A DNA stretch of 64,000 nt. Source: Styela clava (Eukaryota). The DNA lies in assembly GCF_964204865.1 (NCBI RefSeq), contig NC_135252.1, forward strand, positions 10,850,001 through 10,914,000. The letters run 5' to 3'. The notes beneath the pieces were generated by a model. The model was not told where the DNA came from, did no database searches, and saw only the letters and a program-made list of their open reading frames with translations. Positions 1-12,700 of the stretch are shown piece after piece; within the stretch, counting starts at the first letter, position 1, and each line of letters begins with the position of its first letter. Made by a program: the position numbers and the translations under genes.

Positions 1-1924
1 AAGCAGTCTATATGATTCAGAATGGAAAAGCTAATAAATCCAATATCTCATGTTTTAATTCAAAAAATATTTTACTGAATTTGGTATATAAACCAACTAA
101 TAAAAGGGTTTAGTCAGAAAATTACAAGCATTCGTGGCTCCAAATACTTGAGAAATCAGACTATACAATATAGACCGGTATGAGTGAAATGTTAGGTGAA
201 CTTGTTAACACTTTGATTCAATACGCAAATAAAAGTGAATGCGTAATAGTATGTTACAATGAGCAGCAATCAACAATGAGTATATATCCTCACTGATTAA
301 AAAAATCTAACTGGAGGTGCATGAACTATTTGAAACCATAAGGGGTAAGTAAATATGTAATTTCGGCAAATGGGCAACTACGTACCGTACTGAATTAATA
401 ACTTCGTAGTATTTGACAAAGGCTGGCTTTCCCACATGTACTTAACAGTGCGATGCCCGGGTGTGATATACAACAATAGTATTCACCTTACCTTTTACCG
501 ATTTCTTTTTACCCCAACTTTCAAAAATATCATTAAAATCGACAACAACTGTCAAAGCAGGCACGAACACCATTCGTGCTACGCCTTGAAAGCAGCACAC
601 ATCCGCTCGTTTTCGTCTCGTCAAGTATGTGCATTGGAGCGTGCTATCGAATACGATCTTCGGCCAAAAATGCCGGAGTTGCGCATCATGTTGTTTAATG
701 TCATTGATCCAAGTTACATTAACAAAAATAGGAAAATTATTTTAATAGAAGCAATTATGGCAAATAAACAACTCTTACTAACATATGGATTAGCAAACAT
801 ACACTAAAGTTTAATGTTTTATTTTTATATGCCCTTTACAAATAACAAGTTTAGGTCTAATTTCTCATTTAACATTTGCCTTATAAGCTAAAATGCTGAA
901 TAAATATTAAATATTACTAGATTAGAATGGTTCCTTTATGAAATTTGAACATAATCATATTCAAAGAACTAGTGAAATACTACACGAAGCTATTGTGTTA
1001 GAAAGTATCTTCAATACATCTTTGTACCAGGGTAAAGTTACTATAACAAAATAGAAACCTCTATCAGCTGAACGATTATTATCTCTTTTTAATGAATTGT
1101 CCGAAGCAATGATCAGCAATGATACCAAATCTGAAACGTAAGTTTCAGCACTTCAAATTCATAAACATTCTCAAGTTTCAGAATATTTGCAGATTGAACC
1201 AATACACAGTAGAGTATGTGAGCCGGTCATCAACTTCAAAACACAGTTTTGAAGTACAGAGATAGTTTTGGAGATAAAACTATATTAAGTCCCATGTCAC
1301 AATTCATTTGTGGGCATGTAGTGGACATATGGATCGTTTTGTTATTATGTTGTTGTTCTTTGACAAATATTGAAAAACCGCTTTTCTTGTTGATTACTGG
1401 ACGAATTGCTTTGAAATTTTCAATGGTTTAAGATAATTTTTGCCTGAAGGCTATTACTTTCATATATTTCCAATATTTCTGAGAGCTGCATGGAATTCAT
1501 TTCTTTTGTGCTATGACCTCATCAAAAATTGCCACCATGTGGCGGTTCATCGTGCGAGCGAGTCGCGAGGTCAGCGAACATTGGTGCTTCTAGTGTTTAG
1601 CGAACCGTCAAAGGTAAGCTGGACTACTGCTTCACTCAGGCTGCGTGTCCATATATTTGAGCATCGCTCTCTTGTTGAAAGTGCAAACTATAAAGTTCTT
1701 GATCCCCTTTCTGGCACAAATAGACTCACTTCAGTCATTGCAGCAATATCCCTAAAGACTAGATAACCTTAATCTTCATATCTGAAATTATATCAAAATA
1801 CTTGACAGAGTTTCAAGTAGTCAATATAGACTTAATGTCATTTACGATAAAATTTTATAATGGAATTGGAAGTTCGGGGCTTTTACTACAGTTAATTAAC
1901 ATGATATGTGTCTCGCTCGGATTA

Positions 1925-2199
1925 ACGATAGGATCTACATATCTATCCCAGGAGAGAGATATTGGACCAGATGGTGGAGGAAGCTGTAACCGACCAGCGG
2001 TTATGTGAACCACCCAACTGCGACGAGGAGTCCAGTAATCCTCTCGCACATAACCATGGGGTGACGAGCGTATTCCTAACGATCTCCACATTTAAACCTG
2101 CGAACCTACACAGACTGACATACGGTAGTGTAAATAATAAGAGGTGCGATGCCAAGCTTATTCCGCCTACAGGCTTAGCACGATGAGCCACACCACTGC
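1925..2199 (-). mobile_element. tRNA-derived SINE, degenerate copy
   Basis: Matches the family core seen at 45019-45364 (reverse complement GGTTATGTGCGAGAGGATT...TGGGTGGTTCAC...CCGCTGGTCGGTTAC) with internal deletion and rearrangement; boundaries approximate. Confidence 0.85.
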
Positions 2200-2468
2200 T
2201 AATTTGAAGTTAGACAATTCAGCAATTAAATATATCAAATAGTTAGAATGCATATTAACATTTTGCTTAGGTCTGCGGAGTTCACTCAAACAGTCAAATG
2301 TCTTTAGCAGTTTCACTTTTTAGTTTATCGCTTGCTCCACACAATGCTGCAATGTTACTGGTACCAGTCCCAATTTGACATACCGTGTTCGTGCCTACAT
2401 CTTGCCACACAATAATTCTACCGCGAAGGCATACCGGTACCGGTAGTCCGATGATACGGTAGTCTACC

Positions 2469-2482
2469 GTTACCATAGTAAT
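2469..2482. promoter_or_regulatory. RFX/X-box-like site
   Basis: GTTACCATAGTAAT resembles the X-box consensus GTTNCCATRGNAAC; target gene not identified. Confidence 0.3.
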
Positions 2483-2622
2483 TAAAAGTCCAAGTCTGGT
2501 AACTCTGGCATATGCAGATACATTCAGGCTACATGCTAAACTTAAGAACCTTAAAATGTTCGTACGGTACCGGTATACGGTACGGTAACACTGACACCAT
2601 GCCCTTCACTTTCTCAAACGTC

Positions 2623-2908
2623 GCCATCCCTAATCTGCCACCACAATTCGACCGCATTTTGCCATCCCTAATCTGCCACTACGCTTCGACCGCATTTTGC
2701 CATCCCTAATCTGCCACCACGCTTCGACCGCATCTTGCCATCCCTAATCTGCCACCATTCGACCGCATTTTGCCATCCCTAATCTGCCACGCTTCGACCG
2801 CATTTCGCCATCCCCAATATGACTTTTCGACCCTATTTTGCCATCCCTAATCTGCCACCTTTCGACCGTATTTTGCCATCCCTATTCTGCCATCCCCAAT
2901 ATGACTTT
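2623..2908 (+). repeat. Minisatellite, about 8 copies of a 33-38 bp unit
   Basis: Head-to-tail units GCCATCCCTAATCTGCCACCACGCTTCGACCGCATTTT starting near 2623, 2661, 2699, 2737, 2772, 2807, 2840, 2875; no unique spacers. Confidence 0.95.
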
Positions 2909-3366
2909 TATGCTACCACCACTATAGCAAAATTTTGTTCCGGTAATCAACCGCCCACAAACAATCCTTCTCCCTAACCAACTCTATTAACTTCGCAACT
3001 TCCATTTTTCGGGTTTGGGTAGGCCTAATTAATAATTGGTTAGGTTTTCGATAGTTAAATTTATTTCGCAGATGACACGAAATTTCCCGCCATTGTTACG
3101 TAATAAGTGAACCGTAGCACGCTGCGTTAACGCATTTGAAGTATGAACACCCTCAACGCAATTGCGTTGGATTCCGTTCCCAACGCAACACAAACCTATG
3201 CGTCAGTGTGAACCATTGAGGTGTGGTGTGAACGGGCCCTAAGACTACGAAACGCGCAGCGTTTGAAATGAACTTAGCGGAACGCGCAGCGTTCAAAATG
3301 AACTGGCGTTTTTAGTAGCGTCTCCTATTATCCGTTAGTAAACTGAAATGATGCGGGCCTCAAGCA

Positions 3367-3400
3367 ATGGCGGAGATCCAACTGGACTATCTATCTACCG
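3367..3400 (+). other. Candidate 5' leader exon of PISD carrying an upstream ATG
   Basis: ATGGCG...ACCG followed by a consensus donor GTAAGT at 3401, downstream of a GC-richer stretch with a 2x 24-bp direct repeat (3251-3274, 3281-3304). Linkage to PISD is inference. Confidence 0.4.
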
Positions 3401-5053
3401 GTAAGTCGGCTGATACAGAATATGGAATAGATGTTTTGTAACAATTACGTCGGATATAATATTGAACTTGTACAGAGTCTTTTTCGTTTGAAAACATAGA
3501 GTAGGAACAAAGAATTATATCGCCAAAGGTTACACTGCATCTTGGGTTAAAGTTGAAGGGTTCAAAGTCCGTTTCCACCTTTGATGTCGAAAGAGAGCAA
3601 TATTGTTTTTCATCTCTTTTTGTTTTGACTTAGGCTGTCTTTTTATGAGTGGTTTCATCCGATGCGATAGATTCTAGGATTTGAAACGGATGTGAATATT
3701 TGGCAATTTAAAAATTATTATTTCGCATGTTATCCTTGTATCAGATCGTACCGGTACGGTAGCCTATATTAAAAGTAGACTAGGTATGGTACAATGTTGC
3801 CAAACCTTGCGCACATGTCTGTATGAAGGACCATATTAATAAACTTATTTGATTTATTGCATTTTATGCTTATCATAGGGGTGTATGCCGCACTTTCATG
3901 TGTCTTAGGCTAGTATGGTCTTGTGTATACATCCCGTCTTCAATGTTGATAATCACTAACTGTTTTTTATTTTGCTTTTACGAGACGAATGAACATACAT
4001 ACATACATTTGCGTATTTTTTGTTCATTTCTTACCCAAGCCTCGTTTGCCTAGGTTTGTGTTTTGGCTTAATTCTTTGTGTGTGTGTTTGCAAAACAGAA
4101 AATTGTGCAGGACAAGCTAAACTCTATTTTAATCTATACATCAGTTGTGAGCAAAAACAAAATGTGTGAACTAATATTGTTTTGAAAATCAAAGAAATCA
4201 ATCAAAGTTCAATTTTATCAATTCATTTAAGCAGTATCATTACTATTTATCTGAATTAAATTGGACCACCATTCACATATAGCTATATATACAGATATAT
4301 ATTCCCTCCCAAGTCTATAATAATTATATAATGAATTACGATAGTTATCTGTCATATATTTTTAACTTATAATTTTGTGGATTTATTTAAACCTATGTGT
4401 ATATCATTTTGTGTGTAAACAAGTCAGACTTTGTATCAACTTATATCTAACTGAAATTCTGACAGGAATACCCCCACAAGAATGCATCTTAACCAAGCAT
4501 GAGAGCTGGAGTCTGAGCCAAGCTTTCAAAGTTAGATAGACAGATAGAGCTGGAGATACCAGAAATATCAGTGGCTCATCTCCTAATCTAATTATCTGTC
4601 AACATTTATAATTTTTTCAAAACTTCATACAAATAATAAAAACTACCCTTTTCAGCTTGTAAATTTTTATAGATTTTAATTATAATATTAATTAAAAAGT
4701 TTCCGAGTTCAATATATATATTTGAAAGTTTTAATTTTGAAAAGTTAAACCCTTGTATCATAGTCCAGTAGTCCTGAGTCCTACTTCCACCAAGCGGTAT
4801 TTGGGCAGATATAATAATGAGTATGAAGAAAATAAGCTGGAGCTGGAGCCCAGCTCTGACGTATAAAATGCCAGAGCTGGATCCACAGTTCGAATATACT
4901 TTGATGCTGGAGCCAAAGTCACTTTGATTTCGAACCAGTTCCCCAGCCCTGATCTAAACTGGAAAAATATAAAAAGAGTGATTGGGGGCGATTACCGGTA
5001 CTTGATTTGTAAAACTGTGTCTTTGATACTAGTTTACATGATTAACAAGCAAT

Positions 5054-5350
5054 ATAGGTGTTGAATTTTGGTTAGTTGACTCTGAGCAATTATGCACATC
5101 AATCACACTCTTAGTGTCAATGTGTTTTTTCATCAATTTTCACCTTATCAGATAATATTTAAAATCCAATCAATAGAATGACAGCGAACGATGCTCGAAA
5201 ATAGGTGTTGAGTTTTGGTTTGTTGATTCTGAGCAATTATGCACATCAATCACACTCTTAGTGTCAATGTGTTTTTTCATCAATTTTCACCTTTCTTATC
5301 AGATAATATTTAACATCCATAAATAGAATGACAGCGAACGATGCTCGAAA
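5054..5350 (+). repeat. Tandem duplication (147 + 150 bp) spanning the PISD acceptor and start codon
   Basis: Unit 1 5054-5200 and unit 2 5201-5350 both run ATAGGTGTTGA...ATGACAGCGAACGATGCTCGAAA, with a few substitutions and small indels. Confidence 0.95.
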
Positions 5351-6797
5351 AATACTATTTGCTGCTGTTTTCCGATATGTTGCCAAAAACACTCCTAGAC
5401 CAGTAAAACATGGTTGGACAGCTACTGTTTCAACTTTCAGAAATGCTTCAAACACTTTACCTCCACTTTCACCCATTGGTCGTCTTATATATAATGCATC
5501 ATGGAAACAGCCAAGTCTCCTACCAAAGTCTTGGAAAACTGCAGGGATTAGAAGGATTGCTTCATGCCCTAACCTTTTTAGAATGTTTGGTTTACCTTAT
5601 AAAGGACAAGGTTTAAAGAAGCATGCAGCAACTGTTAAAGAATCAAAAAAGCTTCAACAGTTCATAGATAACAGGAAAAAGGAGCAGGAATGGGGAAGAA
5701 AATATTTTCCTGTTTTCCCAGATGTAATAACCTTTTTCAAGGCAGCCATCATTGCTACATCTGGAATATTTGTTGGATGGATATTTTATCCTGATATTGT
5801 TGATAGAAAGTCTGCCCTAAATGATCCCACTTTGAGACTCAACAGTGCAATTATGCCTCAAGAGAAAAGAAATATTATGTTGAAAGTGTATCTTGGCCTC
5901 CCTTTACGAGCAATTTCACGTGCTTGGGGCAAAGCCAATCAGAGTATGAATCTACCAGTTACATTAAGACCTTATTTTCTAGGCTTGTTTACAAAAGCTT
6001 ATGGTGTAAATATGGAGGAGGCATTAGATTCAAACCTGAAAAACTATGCAAATTTATCCGAATTTTTTCGCAGAGCCATCAAATCTGAAGTACGTCCAAT
6101 TGACTACAAAGCTGACTTAGTAAGCCCCGTAGATGGTACAGTTCTTAATTTCGGAGAAGTTACAAATGGTCTTGTGGAACAAGTGAAGGGGGTTCACTAT
6201 TCTTTGCAAAAATTTCTTGGGCCATTACACGCTGATCCTGTTCATCAGGAATGGGGAGAGAAAGATCTCTATCAGCACAATTGGTGCACTGTTCCACTGG
6301 AGAACTACATGAAAGCTATAATGCATAATCCAACTGAAAACAGTCTTTATCATTGTGTAATCTATCTTGCACCAGGTGATTACCATAGGTTTCATTCTCC
6401 AGCTAATTGGACTGTGCAGCATAGAAGGCATTTTCCTGGTGATCTTTTGAGTGTAAGCCCAAAGATAGCATCAATGGTGCCAAGTCTGTTTGTCTTGAAT
6501 GAGCGAGTGGGTTTGTTGGGGAAATGGCAACATGGATTTTTTTCAATGACTGCAGTTGGTGCGACGAACGTTGGGTCTGTTGAGATATATGGAGATATTA
6601 CACTAAAGACGAATAGACCAAAACGAGTTTATGGTGGATATTACGATGAGGTGTACAACAATGTTGAAGCACAAAAGGGGTTGTCAATGGGAGAATTTAA
6701 TCTTGGTTCAACCATAGTACTTATTTTTGAAGCCCCAAAAGACTTTAAATACAGAGTTGAGGCTGGTCAGAAAATACAATTTGGCAAAGCACTGTGA
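5328..6797 (+). CDS. PISD: Mitochondrial phosphatidylserine decarboxylase proenzyme, intronless CDS
   Basis: 489 aa; SPVDG, YLAPGDYHRFHSP, VGATNVGS and the GEFNLGSTIVLIFEAP self-cleavage (LGST) motif; basic N-terminus and one hydrophobic segment. Confidence 0.97.
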   Translation: MTANDARKILFAAVFRYVAKNTPRPVKHGWTATVSTFRNASNTLPPLSPIGRLIYNASWKQPSLLPKSWKTAGIRRIASCPNLFRMFGLPYKGQGLKKHAATVKESKKLQQFIDNRKKEQEWGRKYFPVFPDVITFFKAAIIATSGIFVGWIFYPDIVDRKSALNDPTLRLNSAIMPQEKRNIMLKVYLGLPLRAISRAWGKANQSMNLPVTLRPYFLGLFTKAYGVNMEEALDSNLKNYANLSEFFRRAIKSEVRPIDYKADLVSPVDGTVLNFGEVTNGLVEQVKGVHYSLQKFLGPLHADPVHQEWGEKDLYQHNWCTVPLENYMKAIMHNPTENSLYHCVIYLAPGDYHRFHSPANWTVQHRRHFPGDLLSVSPKIASMVPSLFVLNERVGLLGKWQHGFFSMTAVGATNVGSVEIYGDITLKTNRPKRVYGGYYDEVYNNVEAQKGLSMGEFNLGSTIVLIFEAPKDFKYRVEAGQKIQFGKAL

Positions 6798-8400
6798 TTT
6801 TCTAGACATCCTTGTTGCCTCCGAAATGCTCAGACCTTGATTATTTTTGGTATTGCATTCAATTATCCAGCCTGAATTCTATCTACCTAATCTTGTTTTG
6901 AGCAATTATTTTTGTGAAATTCTCAGTTCAAAAGTTCCATATGTTCAAATCAGCTGGATAGCAGATAACTTAGTATGCTATTTATTCCATGAACTATGTG
7001 TTTCAAATCATGAGATGTGGATATTATAATTGACTGTTTTCTGTATGAAAAGATTGCACATCTTAAACACACAACGCTATCACTTTTTATTCATTTGGTA
7101 AAAATTATTTTTTTTAACTTCATCTGCCTAATTGAAGTATTTAGAATTATTCTAGCCAACAAATGTTAATGTTTTATTCCTAAAGGATTGTCCCTTTATT
7201 TAGTACTGGATTATATGAAACAAAAAAGGTAGGTGACCCAATTTTATTATGTTCTTCAAAGACTTCCATTAATGTCTTTGTGGTTCTCATTTTGAATCGT
7301 TCTGTAATTAGCATTATGCTAACATATTTAACGCTTATCATACGTTCATTATTTGAAAGATTGTACTTGTTTTTAATGCAGTCACAATTATCTTATTTTA
7401 ATAAACTTTCCCTATCAGGTAATTTGATTGATCTTTCTTCAGATCGATGATGGTATTTGGTCAGGCATATATTTTGTGCCAGGATGATAAAAAGCCAGCG
7501 TTCCATCGATCATTTTATTTAGGTCCTCTGACATAAATCAAAACAACACGGAAAGTAGACAGATGAATAGAATACAGAAATACCTAGTTTGAGCATACCT
7601 TGAATAAAGTTAAAAACGTACGAGAACGCACCCACCTGCCAACAAAAACAGACGCACAAGTGTGAACGCGAATCAAGTATGTTCACAATCGGAATGCAAT
7701 AAATGCTTTGCTTGGTTTTCTAAAACTGGTACCAGTATAGAAAAACACTAGTTGCAGGAAGCCAAGCGCCTTAACGGCACGGTCAGAAGTTTTCTTGCCT
7801 ATATTTGTTATAACTAAGTTTGTATGAATTTAACAAAATATCAATTCGTTATCAACAGCACTCTACTTTTTTCTGAAAATGATTAGGCTGACGGAACCCC
7901 TAATTTTTTAGAGACTGATCTGCACCGGAAATTTTGATATTTAATCAAAAGATCTTATGTACCGCAACTTATGCAATGCGGGATTTGGGAAAAACACCCC
8001 CGCCACGTTTTAAAATAAAGTAGTAATTATCCAGTTGGGGTTCGGAATGATTTGAATTTCCAGCTCAATCTCGATTCCTAGCTGAATAATCACTATTTTT
8101 TTTATTTTAAGCGGTGACCGTTTTTTTGTTTGTTGAGGCTTTGTCCAAAAAATCCGACCATTGCTGGCAGGTAGAAAGCATCTCATGCTCCGAACCCATT
8201 GCGTGACAGTGAGCATTGGAAATTTGGTTTATATCTAAATTTACTGAATTCTTTGATGCTCTGTGAAAAAATTTTTTCTGCACAATATGTAATGAGTAAC
8301 AATCAAATCAGAGCGGTTTCGTTTCAAGTTGCAAACCAGTAGGAGTGCTGAGAAACAGAGCTTTCATCAAGCTAAGTGCTAAATGGAAAAGGGGAATGAG

Positions 8401-8727
8401 CAGAAGATAGCATTTACGTATGCGTCCCGGGGAAAAAGAAAACCTGAAAGACGACTTAATCATATGGCTAACCACGACCTCTCGTCCGGTTGTCAGTCCA
8501 TGTCGGGTATAAGATTAGAGAGTTATTTGTTTCAGTTGCATGGACTTAATGGAGGAGGAAGGCATAACCGATCAGTGGCTACGTGAACCTCCCTGCGGCA
8601 GTGAAGAGTCCATCAATTTTCTTGCGCATAATTATCCCCCATTGAATCAGAACCTGCGAACCGACGCGGGTTATCAGTGGTGGATGGTGATCGCATTCCT
8701 AAGCCTTAGCAAGATGCGCCACACCGA
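8401..8727 (-). mobile_element. tRNA-derived SINE, old near-full-length copy
   Basis: Colinear but diverged match to 25860-26202 (CATATGGCTAACCACG..CTCTCGTCCGGTT..., GAACCTGCGAACC, GCCACACCG). Confidence 0.85.
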
Positions 8728-9769
8728 ATACGCCATTTCCTCAACGACTCGTGAGGAACATTTCCTGAAAGCTGACTTATTCGTGATTTAACCACGTAAT
8801 TAAACACGGTGGTTCAGTGATCCCCAAAGCGGCAGGTTTTATTAGCGTAATTAATTTTGTTTTTTGGTTTGGAATTGTTTAACCATTTGAATTTTAAAGA
8901 GAGGCACAAATTTTCTTTCAAAAGATTCAAGCTAAGTCACTGTATAAATACACCATACTTACATAAGTCTAATAACATTCCAAACGCCAACTATAACGCA
9001 AGTGTGAGTTAACCACTCGCAACGGCCGTCTGACGTCTTAAACAACAACGGGTTCGGGAGTACCATGACATTTCATGAACGGGATCGTGTGAACCCCCTG
9101 CTGGTCTTTGGGCTTATGCTGAAATGGCCAAACTCAAAAGTAAAAATACACTCATTCCAATCTTGGCTGTAATTGCAACAAAATTTTCCCTGTACTAGTA
9201 AATGGACAGTGTTCAAGTAGAAAAATGCAAAAAAATATAGGTCACAGAGTGTCAGAAATTGTGGCAAGATACAGTAATATCAGACACGCTTGCATAATAC
9301 AAAATTAATACATGATTGATTGATCAAGATATCACTGCAAAGTTTCACGAAAATGTGGCAAGAAAACTGAAGTGATATGAATGCTGTAATATAAACAAAA
9401 TATTAACACTGATGTGAAATCAAAATTCACAAACCTGTAGTAAAGTTGCTGAGTATAGTGACAAAGTATAGATGCTTGCATACATTAGGCAATATAATAA
9501 TAGCTGTGGTAATGACTGGAGAAGTACACATACTTACAATACAAACTGTCTGTCATATATATGTACATTTAACCATTAGCGTAAGACTCAAGTAACATAT
9601 TAGGCATGAAATAGTGACAACGGACTAGAAGCAAGCTGAAAATAGAAACATGGTTGGTTTTGATTCGATATTGTATCGAATTTCTTTCTCCCCATCAGCC
9701 AAAGCCTCCCTGTCAGTGATAAAAGAGACAAGATATTGTTATGTACATAAAACTCTTACTAAGGAGTTA

Positions 9770-12700
9770 TTATTTGTTTAGCCATGTGACCTTGTTACTT
9801 CGATCATTAAACTGTACTTGACCACTAGCAACTAGATCAAGTGCTTTAGGATACGTTTGGTGTTCTGCAGTTTTCACTCTTTCAGAAAGAGAAGTAACAT
9901 CATCATCTATTTCAACTGAAACAGCCGTTTGGGCTATAATTGCTCCTTCATCCATATTTTCAGTCACATAATGTACTGTACATCCTGTTATTCTCACACC
10001 AGATTTCAGAACTTGTTTATGAGCATCCATGCCCTTAAAAGATGGCAGTAAGCTGGGATGAATGTTGATTATTCTACCCCGCCAAGTCCTAGTAAACCAC
10101 CCAGATAACAATCTCATAAATCCTGCTAGGCATATAAAATGAACTCTTTTCTTCATCAAAACCTCATGCACTGCAAGATCATATGCTTCACGTGTGGGAA
10201 AGTTTTTATGGTCCAGCACAATATATGATATGTTAGCAGCAGATGCTTTCTTCAACCCTCCCGCATTGGCTTTATTAGATATGATAAGTGATATTGTGTA
10301 CGAGGATGAAGCTGTATTTTCATGGTTAATCAATGCCTGCATGTTAGTCCCTGTTCCAGATATAAATACTGCTACACTCGGTTTTTCAGAATTTCCAATT
10401 GATGGGAGATTTAGGGCATTATCAACTTCAGTTACATTAGGATCCCACGAGTTTTTTAAAGCTTCGGCAAAATCATTGACAATAACTTTATTTTCAACAT
10501 CTGATTTTTCTATATATCCGATGACATATGCATTTAGCTTAGATGAGGCCAAACGAACTCTACAATTTTCCATAACAGCATTTACCCCTTCTTTGGCAAT
10601 AACCATGCACATACCAAGGCCACAATTGAAAGTCTTGAGCATTTCTTGGAAGTCAATATCACCTACTTTCGACAACCATCCAAACACGGGTTGAATTTCC
10701 CACTGCTTGGCACAAATTATAGCACACATTCCATTAGGAATAACGCGAGCTAGATTACCATTTATACCACCGCCCGTGATATGAGCCAAAGCTTTTACAA
10801 AGTTTCCAGATCTCAAAACTGGTAAGAGACTTGTGTAAATTGCTGTTGGTGCAAGAAGACAGTCCAGCAGATTGCAATTGTTATCAAATGGTGCTGATTC
10901 CGATAAATTGCAGCCAGATATCTTGACAACTTCCCTAACTAGGCTGAAGCCATTGCTATGTAAACCATTTGAAGATATACCAACGATAACATCTCCTTCC
11001 GATATTTCATTTAAACGAGGCAATGGTGTGTGTAACTTTTTATCATAAGCACCTACTGCAAAGCCAGCTAAATCATATTCTCCATTTGCATACATGCCTG
11101 GCATTTCAGCTGTTTCTCCACCAATAAGACCACAGCCTGCAAGTTTACAGGCTTCAGAAATGCCATGAACAACCTCAGTAGCAATTTTAGATTTGAGTTT
11201 TCCACATGAAAGATAGTCCAAAAAGAACAAAGGCTCAGCGTTATGAGTCAAAACATCGTTCACACACATTGCAACAAGATCTTGACCTATTGTCGAATGA
11301 CGACCACTTCCCTGAGCAAGTAGAAGTTTAGTTCCAACACCATCAGTTCCAGACACTAAAACAGGATTAGAGTAACCAGCTGCAGCAAGGTCAAAAAGGG
11401 CTCCAAATCCACCAAGCACTGCAGTGCATCCCTTACGGGCAGTTGACGAAGCTATTGATGAAATTCCATGAACAAATGCGTCACCATTAGATACACTAAC
11501 ACCACATGATGCATATGTAAGTTTCGGCTGGTTTTTTATATACTCCAAACCTTTCCATCCTATATCCTTTCGATAAAATGACCCTTCAAATTTGATCACT
11601 TCAGCACCAGCAAGAGCAATTCTTGTTGCATCTTCTAAGTTAGATGCTGTTGAACAAACTGACAAGACACGTCCTCCAGAAGTGATTTTGTTGCCATCAG
11701 AATCTAACTTTGTTCCTGCTTCGAACACCTTCAAATTTGGATTTTGATTGCCTGCCCCTATACCTGTTATCACTTTGCCTTTTTCATATGCTCCAGGGTA
11801 ACCTGAGCTAGCCAGGACGATACAAACAGATTTTGTGTTTTTCCAGCAAATATGAGAAGAGTTGAGGGATCCTTTGCAACACTGTGTGAAAATCTCATAT
11901 AAATCAGAATCTAATAATGACATGAGAACTTGACACTCTGGGTCTCCAAATCTACAATTAAATTCTAACACCTTTGGTCCATCCTTTGTGAGCATGATAC
12001 CAGCATATAAAACTCCAACATATTTTTTACCTTCATTCTTCATACCATTAACTGCTACTTGCAAAACATGATTCGTTATATATTCGACCACTTTATGATC
12101 TATTTGAGGACATGGGCCATAGGCACCCATCCCTCCAGTATTTGGACCTTTATCGCCATCATACACCTGTTTGTGATCTTGTATTGGTGGCATCACAGCA
12201 ATAGTGTCACCATCTGTAAAGCAAAGCAATGAGAATTCTTCACCATAAAGCCGTTCCTCCACAACCAAAGTATCACCAGATGAACCAAACAAGTTTTGTT
12301 CAAAAATATCCTTTACAGCTTTACAAGCTTCAGTAGCAGTTTCACATACCACGACACCTTTGCCTGCTGCAAGTCCACTTGCCTTCACAACCAACGCATC
12401 ATAATTCGCTGTATTTATATGAGCAATGGCTGAATCAGCATCTTTAAAACTTTTAAATTGTGCGGTTGGAATGCCATTTCTCACCATGAATTCTTTGGCA
12501 TATTCTTTACTGGCTTCCAGAGCAGCAGCAGAAGAGGTTGGCCCAAAACATCTCACACCGTTTTTTGCTAGTACATCACATATTCCATCTGCCAGTGGTA
12601 CTTCGGGACCAACAACAACAAGGCTAATTTCATTCAGTTTGCACCACAAACTGAGACTTTCATAATTGTCTGATGGAACATCAATGACATTCATTACTTT

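Noticed and set aside
1-2400. Exon-like pieces (e.g. 967-1031, 1068-1137, 1809-1905 on +; donor near 2383 on -)
   Set aside because: Could not assemble a stop-free, recognisable protein; may be a decayed gene but not supportable.
2623-2908. CRISPR-like periodicity
   Set aside because: Units are contiguous with no unique spacers, no cas genes, eukaryotic context.
3105-3242. Harbinger-like right end GTGTGAACGGGCCC
   Set aside because: No matching left TIR found, so boundaries cannot be supported.
7442-7531. Possible C/D snoRNA (ATGATG...CTGA with GATCGATG/CATCGATC stem)
   Set aside because: Stem does not bracket the boxes and no rRNA guide was recognisable.
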